DNA of 64,000 nucleotides, taken from a bacterium. GTDB lineage: Bacteria; UBA8248. The stretch covers positions 3,584,001-3,648,000 of the forward strand of contig OZ242260.1 of the NCBI GenBank assembly GCA_965207065.1. Reading direction: 5' to 3'. Shown piece after piece: positions 52,570 through 61,585 of the stretch. A program made the position numbers and the translations under genes. Within the stretch, counting starts at the first letter, position 1, and every line of letters begins with the position of its first letter. The notes below the pieces were generated by a model. The model saw only the letters and a list, made by a program, of their open reading frames with translations. It was not told where the DNA came from and did no database searches.

Positions 52570-55095
52570 GTGCACCCCCTGCATCTGCTGGCGATTGGGT
52601 ACATAGCGGGTTTGTTGATGGGCGAGTTTTCCCTCGACTTCGAGCGGGGTGACGCCTTCTCCACCCTCGCCGCCGCGCTTATTTTGGCCTTATCCGTCCT
52701 GCTCGCCATGAGCCGCCGCATCCGGGGAAAAAGGCAAGGCTTCTTCGCGGCGCTCCTCGTGCTCGCGGGGCTCGTCGCCTCTTTCGCCGTGCCTGCGTTC
52801 CATCGTCATATGACGCCGGCGCATCATCTGCTGCGCCAGATTCCCTACGAGCGCATGAACGTCACGGGCCACCTCTCCCGGCCCGTGGAGCGAAACGACG
52901 GCGAGACGCCCCGACCGCGGATATTCATCGACGTGGAACGCGCCCTCATCCGCGGGGTCGAGGTTCCCATGACCGGCGTCGCGCGCGTCACGCTGGCTTC
53001 CAAGCTCGAAAAAACCCCCGAAGTAGGCGACAGGCTGCTCATCCAGCGCGCGCGTCTCAAACCCCCCGAGCGCTTCAAGAACCCGGGCGCGTTCGACTAC
53101 CGGGAATTCCTCCGCTTAAGAGGCGTCCACGCCGTCGGTTACAGCGGGGTGAAGAACCTTCACCAGCTTGAAGAAAAAGAGAAATGGGGCTGGCGGCGGC
53201 TATTGTTCCGCTTCCGGGATCGAATGAACGCACACATAAACGCCGTCTACCCCGAGCGCGCCGCCAGCCTCATTGCGGCGATGACCATCGGCCTGCGCGA
53301 AGGAATCGACCTGGAACTCAAAGACGCTTTCAGGAAATCGGGGGCGGCGCACCTGCTCGCCATCAGCGGCCTGCACGTGGGCTTCATCGCCGCATTTTTC
53401 TTCTTCTCTCTCCAGGGGCTACTCCGCAGGCTGCCGCCCAAGTTTTTTCCCCTGCGCCCGTTCGTACTGACGCCGTCGAAACTCGCATCGCTCGGCGTCA
53501 TCCCCCTCGTGATTCTCTTCGCGCTGCTGAGCGGCGCGCGGATATCCACAGTGCGCGCCACGATCATGATCGTCGTCTATCTCATCACCCGGCTGCTGGA
53601 GCGGCCAGGAAGCGCGATTCATTCCGTCCTGCTCGCCGCCCTGCTCATCCTTCTGGCGCAGCCGGACTTCATCCGGGATGTAGGATTTCAGCTCTCCTTC
53701 GTGGCGGTGAGCGCCATCATCCTGGCGGCGGACAGGCTCCCGCGGCCCGAAGCTAACTTAAGAATCTGGGAGAAGAAGTGGTGGTTCGCGCGGGCGCATC
53801 AACTCGCCATCATCCAGTTGGTCGTCACCGCGGCGATCACGCCGCTCACGGCGCTGCATTTTCACGAGGCGCATCCCATCGGCCTGCTCGTGAATTTTCT
53901 GCTCATTCCGCTCGCCTCGCTGCTCGTACCCCTCTCCTTCGTAGCGAGCGCTCTCGCCGCCATCAACCCGGCAGGTGCGGCCGCACTCCTGCTCCCCGCC
54001 ACATGGCTCACCGGCGCCATGGCGGAATTCATGATTTTCGTCTCGACCTATTCCTCTCAAATTCCCTGGGCCAGCATCGTCACGCCAAGTCCTGAAATCT
54101 GGCTCATCGCCTTGATCTACGCCCTCATGGCTCTCGCATTACAGTCGAGACGCGTGCGGCGGCGGAAACTCGCCTGGGCAGGCGTGGGCTGCCTGATTTT
54201 TTTCCTCCTGCTCCCCAGCACCACTTCACAGGCTGCGGGGCCTAAGCGAACTACGCTGCTTCTGCCCGACGCCGGGAACGTGGACGCCTTATTCTTGCGC
54301 CTCCCCGATGGAAAGGGCCTGGCGGTCGACGCCTCCGGCAAACGGACGGGCGGCTTCAACGCCTGGGGAAACGTGCTCGCTCCCCTGATGCGCCGGGAGA
54401 ATGAGTTGAACTGGCGCACGATGCTCAGCCTCTCCAGCTATCCCAAAGATCAACTCGCCGTGAACGAATTCGCCACCGGCATACGGGTCGAAAACCTGCT
54501 TCGCATCAAAGACTTTCGCGCTTCCGCGCCATATCGCTCCCGCTTCAGGAAACGGCACCATTCTCTCCGCGCCATCTGGCGGATGAGCGGAGGCGGCGCA
54601 CGGGTTTCGCTTCATTCGTGGAGAAAAGGCGCGATGGGTTTCGAGGTCCAAAACCCGGGTTCCCGCTGGCTGCTCATGCTGCCCTCGAAATACCCGGCGT
54701 TCGACGCCAGATGGTTTCGCGGGAAAAGATACGACCTCGTGCGCCTGCCCGAGAACCTGCTCAGAAAACGGGATGTGCTCGACTGGCTCGAAGCGCGACC
54801 GCCCCGCGCGGTCCTGGCCACTCCCCAAAGGGTGAAATGGATGCGGACAGACCTTTGGCGGGAAACGAGGAGGCGGCAGAGGAGATTGGGTGTCTATCGC
54901 CCCTGGCGCGGCGGGATGCTGCGCGTTCAGGCGGGCGGTGAGGCGGATGCGGGACACTTTTCAGTCGAGCGGTTCCGCGCGACCGAAGCCTGGCCCAAGA
55001 GCGGTACGGCGCGGTGGACCGCTTTTCGAAGGAGCCTCGCGCCCGGGTTTTCAAGCCATAAAAAGAGGAACCGGCAGACCGTCTACTCCCGATGA
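52570..55095 (+). CDS. comEC: ComEC/Rec2 competence protein (DUF4131 + competence domain + degenerate MBL-like C-terminus)
   Basis: NPGAFDY, FRKSGAAHLLAISGLHV, RATIM, GFQLSF. Confidence 0.9.
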   Translation: MHPLHLLAIGYIAGLLMGEFSLDFERGDAFSTLAAALILALSVLLAMSRRIRGKRQGFFAALLVLAGLVASFAVPAFHRHMTPAHHLLRQIPYERMNVTGHLSRPVERNDGETPRPRIFIDVERALIRGVEVPMTGVARVTLASKLEKTPEVGDRLLIQRARLKPPERFKNPGAFDYREFLRLRGVHAVGYSGVKNLHQLEEKEKWGWRRLLFRFRDRMNAHINAVYPERAASLIAAMTIGLREGIDLELKDAFRKSGAAHLLAISGLHVGFIAAFFFFSLQGLLRRLPPKFFPLRPFVLTPSKLASLGVIPLVILFALLSGARISTVRATIMIVVYLITRLLERPGSAIHSVLLAALLILLAQPDFIRDVGFQLSFVAVSAIILAADRLPRPEANLRIWEKKWWFARAHQLAIIQLVVTAAITPLTALHFHEAHPIGLLVNFLLIPLASLLVPLSFVASALAAINPAGAAALLLPATWLTGAMAEFMIFVSTYSSQIPWASIVTPSPEIWLIALIYALMALALQSRRVRRRKLAWAGVGCLIFFLLLPSTTSQAAGPKRTTLLLPDAGNVDALFLRLPDGKGLAVDASGKRTGGFNAWGNVLAPLMRRENELNWRTMLSLSSYPKDQLAVNEFATGIRVENLLRIKDFRASAPYRSRFRKRHHSLRAIWRMSGGGARVSLHSWRKGAMGFEVQNPGSRWLLMLPSKYPAFDARWFRGKRYDLVRLPENLLRKRDVLDWLEARPPRAVLATPQRVKWMRTDLWRETRRRQRRLGVYRPWRGGMLRVQAGGEADAGHFSVERFRATEAWPKSGTARWTAFRRSLAPGFSSHKKRNRQTVYSR

Positions 55096-55123
55096 ACCAA
55101 ACCCGTGCGTTTAAGGCGCAGGC

Positions 55124-56827
55124 TCAAGACTCCGCATCGGGCGGCGGCGCGGTGGCGGCTCCTCCCCGGAAGGATTTCACCGTCCGCGTCCATCTGGAGG
55201 AGAGCACCTCGCGGTCGATCGGACAGTCGATGACGTGCACGCCGCCCCCCGCCTGAGCGTCGCGAATGACGCTCCCCAACGCCTCCGCCGATTCCACGCG
55301 GTGACCATGCGCGCCGAATGCGCGCGCCAGTGCCGGGAAATCGGGATTGTTCAGCGAGGTGGCGATGTAGCGCTCACCGAACACGTGCTTTTGCGAATGC
55401 CTGAGCGCGTTGTATTCCCCATCGTTGAAGATGAGGTATGTGATCGATAAACCGAGCGCCGTCGCCGTGGCCAGTTCGCCGCAGGTCATGGTGAAGCTGC
55501 CGTCTCCCACGACCGCGCACACCGGCCTTTCGGGGGCGCCGAGCTTCGCCCCGACCGCCGCGCCTATGGCGTAGCCCATCGACTGGTAGGCTTCCGAGAG
55601 CAGGATGCTTCTCGGACGGTGAATCACGAACGCCTGCTCCATGAGCCAGCTCTGGGTGGCGGAGGAATCGGAGACGAAAATCGTATCGGGCGAAAAATTC
55701 TCGCGCAGCGTCTTCATCACGAAAAGACCGTGGAAGGGCGGCTCGGCGGGTTTCGTCGAAAACGAACGCAGCCTTTCCTCATAGCGCATTTTTCCCTCGC
55801 GCACGCGAATGTGGCCTTCCGAGAGTGCGACGTCCTTCGCATCCGAAATTCTTTTGAGCAGGCCTTCGAGTGCGGGTTTCAGGTCGCTCACCAGGCCTTT
55901 GGATGCCGGATAGTTCCGCCCGATACGATCGGGGTCGATGTCTATCTGCACGAGGCTCTTCGGCATCGGCGCCTTGAAGTAGAACGTGGCGAACTGCCCG
56001 AAGCCCGTGCCCAGCGCCAGACACAAATCCGCCTCTTCGAGCATCTCCTGACAGCCCAGGAAATGCACGAGGCCGAAAGAAAGCGGGTCGGCTTCAGACA
56101 GAATCCCCCGCCCCTTCACGGAGGTGACGACGGGCGCGCCCAGCTTGGAAGCCAGAAGCTGCACATCTCTTTCGCAACGGGCGGTCACCACACCGTTCCC
56201 CGCATATATCACCGGGCGTTTGGCCGCCAATATCGACTCCGCGATTTCATCGAGCGCGCGCTCATCGACGGGCGGCGCGGGCGGCGGCCCCTCGAACTCG
56301 GGCGCTATGATGACCCGCTCCTCTTCGGCCTGGAACAGGTTCGCCTTCATCACCACCTGCGTCGGACCGGGCCTTCCCGCCGCCGCCCAGCGGAACGCGG
56401 CCTCAACAGCGGGCGCGACCCCTGCGACCGAATCGGGCGTGAACGCCTTTTTGACGCAGCCCGCGAGCGCCTTTTCCATATCCACGTCGTGGATGGCGCT
56501 CCTGTCGCGCATGTTGTCGGCGAGCGTGGCCGTCACCGCGACGACGGGCACCGCGTCCTCATAAGCCGAACGGAGCGCGGTGGCGACGTTCGTGCCGCCG
56601 GGTCCCGGCACGGTGAACACAACGCCCGTCTTTCCCGACACCTTGGCGTAGCCGTCTGCCGCGAATCCCGCCCCCTGCTCGTGGCGCGTGACGATGGGCG
56701 TCGCACCCGCGCCGTCGATCATCGCGTCGTAGACCGGCAGCGTGAGCGTGCCCGGAATGCCGAAAATGTATTCCGCGCCGTTCGCCTGAAGCGCATCCAG
56801 CAGGACTTGCGATCCGTTTCGCGCCAC
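55124..56827 (-). CDS. Thiamine pyrophosphate-binding enzyme (acetolactate synthase-like family)
   Basis: FGIPG, RHEQGAGFAADGYA, GPGGTN and TPP motif GDGS...N; GTG start after GGAGG. Confidence 0.9.
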   Translation of the reverse strand: MARNGSQVLLDALQANGAEYIFGIPGTLTLPVYDAMIDGAGATPIVTRHEQGAGFAADGYAKVSGKTGVVFTVPGPGGTNVATALRSAYEDAVPVVAVTATLADNMRDRSAIHDVDMEKALAGCVKKAFTPDSVAGVAPAVEAAFRWAAAGRPGPTQVVMKANLFQAEEERVIIAPEFEGPPPAPPVDERALDEIAESILAAKRPVIYAGNGVVTARCERDVQLLASKLGAPVVTSVKGRGILSEADPLSFGLVHFLGCQEMLEEADLCLALGTGFGQFATFYFKAPMPKSLVQIDIDPDRIGRNYPASKGLVSDLKPALEGLLKRISDAKDVALSEGHIRVREGKMRYEERLRSFSTKPAEPPFHGLFVMKTLRENFSPDTIFVSDSSATQSWLMEQAFVIHRPRSILLSEAYQSMGYAIGAAVGAKLGAPERPVCAVVGDGSFTMTCGELATATALGLSITYLIFNDGEYNALRHSQKHVFGERYIATSLNNPDFPALARAFGAHGHRVESAEALGSVIRDAQAGGGVHVIDCPIDREVLSSRWTRTVKSFRGGAATAPPPDAES

Positions 56828-56868
56828 CTGAATCTCCTCCGTACACCTCGAAAAGAAAAAGTCCGCCA

Positions 56869-56897
56869 AAGCTAGGCGGCATCCGCGCGCGTGTCAA
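56869..56897 (-). promoter_or_regulatory. Putative sigma70 promoter for the TPP enzyme gene
   Basis: Minus strand TTGACA-N17-TAGCTT. Confidence 0.55.
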
Positions 56898-56950
56898 CTT
56901 CCAACCCCGTTTGCGCGCGGAGGGGCCAATAGTCTACTTTCTCGCCTACT

Positions 56951-57190
56951 GTTTCATATTGGCAGGCATAGTGAGGAACGGATGTAACAGCAGCCGGCAC
57001 TCGCAGCAGGCGAACTCGAAACTTTCATACTGGCAGGCATTGTGAGTAACGGATGTAACAGCAGCCGGCACTCGCAGCAGGCAAACTCGACAGTTTCATA
57101 CTGGCCGGCATTTTGAGGAACGGATGTATAAGCAGCCTGTACTCGCAGCAGACAAACTCGACAGTTTCATGCTGGCCGGCATTGTGAGGA
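56951..57190. repeat. Tandem array of 71-bp units (3 full copies + 1 partial)
   Basis: TTTCAT recurs at 56952, 57023, 57094 and 57165; approximate consensus TTTCATACTGGCMGGCATTGTGAGGAACGGATGTAACAGCAGCCGGCACTCGCAGCAGGCAAACTCGACAG. Confidence 0.93.
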
Positions 57191-57224
57191 GCACCATAAT
57201 TCGCAGCCAAGCGGTGACCGTACG

Positions 57225-57986
57225 ATGGAGAAAGCGATGTTCAGCCAACGCGCGATAGACGCACTCAATGAGGCGGAATCGGTGGTCGTCCTCACCGGGG
57301 CGGGCGTGAGCGCTGAGAGCGGCGTGCCCACCTTCCGGGGAGCGGGCGGCCTATGGCGCGAGTACAGCGCCACATCGCTGGCCACGCCCGAGGCCTTTCG
57401 CGCCGACCCAAAGCTCGTCTGGGAGTTCTACAGCTACCGCCGCGAGGTGCTCGCGCCACTGACGCCCAACCCGGGGCATTACGCCATCGCCTCGCTGGAG
57501 GAGCGCCTCAATCGCTTCACCCTCATCACCCAGAACATCGACAACCTCCACCGCGTCGCCGGGACGAGGGAGATCGTGGAGCTCCACGGCAACATCTGGC
57601 GCGTCCGCTGCACGAACCCCGGCTGTGAGCGCTACACGCTCGCGTGGGAGAACCGCGACGTTCCGGTCGACCCCCTGCCGCCCCGGTGCGAGGCGTGCGA
57701 GAGCCTGCTCCGCCCCCACGTGGTGTGGTTCGGCGAGATGCTCGACCCCGAGCAGTTGCGCCGGTCGCTTGTTGCGGTGGATGATTGCGATTACCTGATC
57801 GTGGCGGGCACGTCCGCCGTGGTGCAGCCGGCCGCCTCCATGCCCATGACGGCTTCGAGGGGCGGCGCGTTCGTGCTCGAGGTGAATCCCGAGCCGACAG
57901 ATATCAGCCCGTACATGAGCGAGGCGGTGCAGGAGCCCTCGGGCGTCGCCCTCCCCCGCCTGCTCGAAGCGGCTTTTGGAGGATAG
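57225..57986 (+). CDS. cobB: NAD-dependent protein deacylase (class III sirtuin)
   Basis: TGAGVSAESGVPTFRG, WEFYSYRR, TQNIDNLH, ELHG, four Zn Cys, RPHVVWFGE, GTSAVVQPAAS. Confidence 0.94.
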   Translation: MEKAMFSQRAIDALNEAESVVVLTGAGVSAESGVPTFRGAGGLWREYSATSLATPEAFRADPKLVWEFYSYRREVLAPLTPNPGHYAIASLEERLNRFTLITQNIDNLHRVAGTREIVELHGNIWRVRCTNPGCERYTLAWENRDVPVDPLPPRCEACESLLRPHVVWFGEMLDPEQLRRSLVAVDDCDYLIVAGTSAVVQPAASMPMTASRGGAFVLEVNPEPTDISPYMSEAVQEPSGVALPRLLEAAFGG

Positions 57987-57988
57987 CG

Positions 57989-59251
57989 ATGGCGCGGCCC
58001 AGAATCACGGCGGTGCGCGGGGTGAAAGACATTCTGCCCGAAGAATCGACAAGCTGGTATGGCGCCGAGCGACTGGCGCGCGAGATTTTCGCGCGCTACG
58101 GCTACGGGGAGATACGAGTTCCCGTATTCGAGCGCACGGAGATCTTCGCACGCGGCATCGGCGAGGAAACCGACATCGTTTCGAAGGAGATGTACACCTT
58201 CAACGACAAGGGGGGGGACTCCATTACCCTCCGGCCCGAGGCGACCGCCTCGATCTGCCGCGCCTATGTGCAGAACGGCCTGCACAACCGTCCCGGCGTC
58301 TCGAAGCTCTTCTGCATCGGCCCCATGTTCCGCTACGAGCGTCCCCAGGCGGGCCGTCTGCGGCAGTTCCACCAGATAGACGCCGAGGTATTCGGCTCGG
58401 TGGACCCGGCGGTCGACGCCGAACTCATCGTGATGCTCATGGAATTTCTGGACGCCATGGGCGTCGAGGGTCTTTCGCTCCAGATCAACAATCTGGGGGA
58501 CAGGGAATGCCGCCCGGCTTACGCCGCAGCACTCCAGGAATATCTCAGAGAAGAAACGAAGCATCTGGGCACTGAAATCGCAGAGCGCATCGAGCGCAAT
58601 CCGCTGCGCTTTCTGGACAGCAAGGACCCGGCGCACCAGGAGATCATTGCGCGCGCGCCGAGGATAGACGCATTCTGGAACGATTCATGCCGGGAACATC
58701 TGGACAGCGTATGCCGACTCATCGAGAGCGCGGACGTCACTTATGAGATTAACCCGAGGCTCGTTCGCGGTCTCGACTACTACTGCCTTACCGTGTTCGA
58801 GGTGACGAGCGAGAGCCTGGGGGCGCAGAACGCCGTGTGCGGCGGGGGGCGCTACGACGGCCTCGTGGAGGAACTGGGCGGTCCACCCACGCCGGGGATC
58901 GGCTTCGCGGTCGGCGTGGAGCGGCTCTTGCAACTGGCGGGCGAAAAGGCCCCGGCACCGAAAGAAGAAGCGCAAGTCTACATCGTCGCGCTCGGCGACG
59001 CCGCGCAGGCGCAAGTATTCGAACTCGCCACCGAATTGCGCGCCCAGGGAATCCGGACGGAACGCTCATTCGGCGGGGGCAGCATGAAAAGCCAGATGAA
59101 GCGCGCCGATCGCTCGGGCGCCACGTTCGTTCTCCTGCTGGGCGATGACGAGGCGGCCAAAGGGGTGGTGAGCGTTCGCCATATGAATGAGAGCCGCCAG
59201 ACCGAGGTGAGACGCGAGGAAGTATCGAGCTATATTAAAAGTAATTTATAG
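57989..59251 (+). CDS. hisS: Histidine--tRNA ligase
   Basis: RGVKDILP, KEMYTF, LRPEATA, FRYERPQAGRLRQFHQ, LVRGLDYY, GGRYD, GFAVGVER. Confidence 0.98.
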   Translation: MARPRITAVRGVKDILPEESTSWYGAERLAREIFARYGYGEIRVPVFERTEIFARGIGEETDIVSKEMYTFNDKGGDSITLRPEATASICRAYVQNGLHNRPGVSKLFCIGPMFRYERPQAGRLRQFHQIDAEVFGSVDPAVDAELIVMLMEFLDAMGVEGLSLQINNLGDRECRPAYAAALQEYLREETKHLGTEIAERIERNPLRFLDSKDPAHQEIIARAPRIDAFWNDSCREHLDSVCRLIESADVTYEINPRLVRGLDYYCLTVFEVTSESLGAQNAVCGGGRYDGLVEELGGPPTPGIGFAVGVERLLQLAGEKAPAPKEEAQVYIVALGDAAQAQVFELATELRAQGIRTERSFGGGSMKSQMKRADRSGATFVLLLGDDEAAKGVVSVRHMNESRQTEVRREEVSSYIKSNL

Positions 59252-59289
59252 TTCAATAACAATATTATACAAGGAATTATTAAAGTAAC

Positions 59290-60228
59290 TCAAGAACTAC
59301 TGCAGAGCCATTCATACACGCTGATGACCCCTACTTCACTGAATCCCATGCTTTGATAGAAAGCGCGTACCTGCTGATCGTCGGCGGATACGATGAGTTC
59401 GAGCGCCTCCGCGCCACAATCCCGCGCTCTTTGGGCGGAAGCCTGGATCAGCAAGCGGCCCAGTCCTCTTCTGCGGTGAGCGGGCATGACGCCAAGGTCG
59501 GGAATGTAGACGGCTTTATCGCCCGCAGCCAACCGGTTCGGGTCGACGGCCAGTATCGCCATCCCCGCCCCCTCGGGATTTCCGGATTCACCATCCAGGA
59601 ATTCGAGGATGAACGAATTATCCGGTTCCGTGTCCGGAGCGTCGTACCAGGCGGTTATCGTCTCGGGCGTATGCGGCATGAAATTCCACATATACTCGAA
59701 AATCCGGTTGAAAAGATCCGCAAGATACTGCGCGTCGCCGGGCAGGGCCGCCGCGCGAATCCCGTATCCCGCCGGCAGGCGGGGCGCTCCCAAATCATCG
59801 AGCGATTCATGCTTCAGAAAGCGGAGATCGTGAACCTTGCGGCCACCGCTCAGATATATGAACCGCCCCGGGAGCGAGACGGGGAGATACGCCCAGATGC
59901 CGCCCAGGCCGTTTTCCCTGGCATCGGCGAGGGCCGCCTCCAGCAGATGACGGGCGTAACCCGCCTTTCTCGCTTCTGTCCGCACGTAGAGTGCGTCGAT
60001 GCAGGCCCTGTCCCGCGCTCTCGCCTCCCGGTTCACCACCATCCGGCAATATCCCGCCGGAACCTCGTCGCCGCCCTCCCCCGGCCAGACCAGCCAGACT
60101 TTCGTGCCCGGCGCGCCGAAACCGGCGACCACCTCTTCGCGCGAGAGCCCGAAAGCCTCCGCCGCCAGGCCGGTCAGCGCATGGCGGTGCTGCGGGCCGA
60201 CAGGCTCCACCCTAGCCGCGGTAGACAT
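59290..60228 (-). CDS. Tandem-domain GNAT acetyltransferase
   Basis: Two acetyl-CoA motifs (LYVRTEARKAGYA and LGVMPAHRRRGLG), plus AFYQSMGF. Confidence 0.85.
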   Translation of the reverse strand: MSTAARVEPVGPQHRHALTGLAAEAFGLSREEVVAGFGAPGTKVWLVWPGEGGDEVPAGYCRMVVNREARARDRACIDALYVRTEARKAGYARHLLEAALADARENGLGGIWAYLPVSLPGRFIYLSGGRKVHDLRFLKHESLDDLGAPRLPAGYGIRAAALPGDAQYLADLFNRIFEYMWNFMPHTPETITAWYDAPDTEPDNSFILEFLDGESGNPEGAGMAILAVDPNRLAAGDKAVYIPDLGVMPAHRRRGLGRLLIQASAQRARDCGAEALELIVSADDQQVRAFYQSMGFSEVGVISVYEWLCSSS

Positions 60229-60643
60229 GCACGTTTCCCTCGTCGATCATTTTCTCGAATTTCTTCATCAGCCAGCCCCGCACCACGGCCCGAACGGCGG
60301 GCACCATGAGGGCGAAACCGGCGGCGTCCGTGAGAAGGCCGGGTGTGAGGAGCAGCACGCCGCCCACGAGCACCATCGCGCCCTCGACCATCTCGGCCCC
60401 GGGCAGCCTGCCCTCAGCCATTTCCGCCTGAATACGCGAGACCACGTAAAACCCCTGGGTTCTGGCCGCCCATGCGCCCAGCGCGCCAGTGAGGATGACG
60501 ACCCCCAGCGTCGAGGCCAGGCCGATGGAGGTTCCCAGATCGATGAGAATCATCAACTCGATGATGGGGATGAGCGTGAAGAGCAAAAACAGTTTGAATA
60601 TCAAGACACTTCTCCCTGGCAGCGTGTTGATTGATTTTAGCAT
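60212..60643 (-). CDS. fxsA: FxsA family membrane protein
   Basis: LFTLIPIIEL, ARTQG, GGVLLLTPGLLTDAAG; start uncertain. Confidence 0.9.
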   Translation of the reverse strand: MLKSINTLPGRSVLIFKLFLLFTLIPIIELMILIDLGTSIGLASTLGVVILTGALGAWAARTQGFYVVSRIQAEMAEGRLPGAEMVEGAMVLVGGVLLLTPGLLTDAAGFALMVPAVRAVVRGWLMKKFEKMIDEGNVHVYRG

Positions 60644-60750
60644 GAGTCCGCGCGGAATGGATATATGGAGGATTCGTGTAAAGCGGGGAAAATAGAGGAA
60701 ATTAAAGGAGAAGGCCCATTTCCGGAAACACCCCTTATCCGTCATGACCC

Positions 60751-60779
60751 TTGACGAATATTGTCAATTATGACAACAT
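60751..60779 (+). promoter_or_regulatory. Putative TA promoter with overlapping palindromic operators
   Basis: TTGACG -35 element; palindromes TTGAC-N7-GTCAA (60751-60767) and TTGTCA-N4-TGACAA (60761-60776) just upstream of the toxin ATG. Confidence 0.6.
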
Positions 60780-60785
60780 CTTGGA

Positions 60786-61134
60786 ATGAACGACGACACG
60801 CGTCCGATTGGCTGGATCAGGGCGGCGCGGAAAACGTACGAGACGTTCCCCCTGAGCGTTCGGGACCGCGTCAACACGGCTCTGACGATTGCCGCAGAAG
60901 GCGGCAAGGCCGACATCGCCAAACCGCTGAAAGGACTCGGTTCCGGGCGTCATGGAGATCGCGATTCGCTACCGGAGAGACGCCTACCGCGTCGTCTATG
61001 TCGCAGAGGTCGCCGGAGCCTTGTGGGTGGTCCACGCCTTTCAGAAAAAATCGAAGACGGGGATCAAGACCCTGAAGGCCGAGATCGATCTCATCCGGGC
61101 GAGACTGGAACGCCTGAGGAAGGAGTTGCAGTGA
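60786..61134 (+). pseudogene. RelE/ParE (HigB, Gp49-like) family toxin, frameshifted by one extra base
   Basis: MNDDTRPIGW...KPLKGLGSG continues in another frame as (V)MEIAIRYRRDAYRVVY...VVHAFQKKSKTGIKT; deleting one G at 60945-60947 restores the ORF. Confidence 0.85.
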
Positions 61135-61466
61135 TGAATGAAAACGATTTCGAACTGGTTCAGGGAAGCGGAAACGTTTTTCGAGATTTCGACGACCCTC
61201 ATGCGGATTTGAAGCAGGCCAAGGCGATCCTCGCCGCCAAGATCATCGCGGTGCTGGACGAACGCGACCTCACGGTGCGAAAGGCCGCGAACATGACCGG
61301 TTTCGCCGCGGCGGATTTCTCGCGCATACGCAACGCGGCTCTCGGGCGCTTCACGCTGGATCGGCTGATGAAGATGCTCGCCGCCCTGGATGCACGCATC
61401 CGGGTCACGGTCCACTTCGACTCGCGGCGAAGCGGACAAGCGGCTATTCCGGGGGCCGGCCTATAA
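61134..61466 (+). CDS. XRE-family HTH antitoxin (HigA-like)
   Basis: GSGNVFRD, LKQAKAILAAKI, ADFSRIR, FTLDRLMKML; TGATG coupling with the toxin stop codon. Confidence 0.88.
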   Translation: MNENDFELVQGSGNVFRDFDDPHADLKQAKAILAAKIIAVLDERDLTVRKAANMTGFAAADFSRIRNAALGRFTLDRLMKMLAALDARIRVTVHFDSRRSGQAAIPGAGL

Positions 61467-61585
61467 CCACCCAATCCGGGCTGCCTCTTTTCATGGCGGG
61501 TGAAAAACCTTAAAGTCCTATGACGCATTTCATACATCCACTCGATGCGGCTGGCACGCTCGATGCGACGGAAGGAGGCTACGAC

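Noticed and set aside
57101-57163. HDV-like ribozyme (GGCCGGCAT start, GCCGGC, GGCGAA/GGCAAA near the end of units)
   Set aside because: No P3/L3 (UYCUCG-like) element or P1.1 GG, and the putative P1 is mismatched within individual units; not supportable without a covariance search
56951-57190. CRISPR array interpretation of the 71-bp repeat
   Set aside because: Whole units are conserved, there are no unique spacers, and no cas genes are in the window
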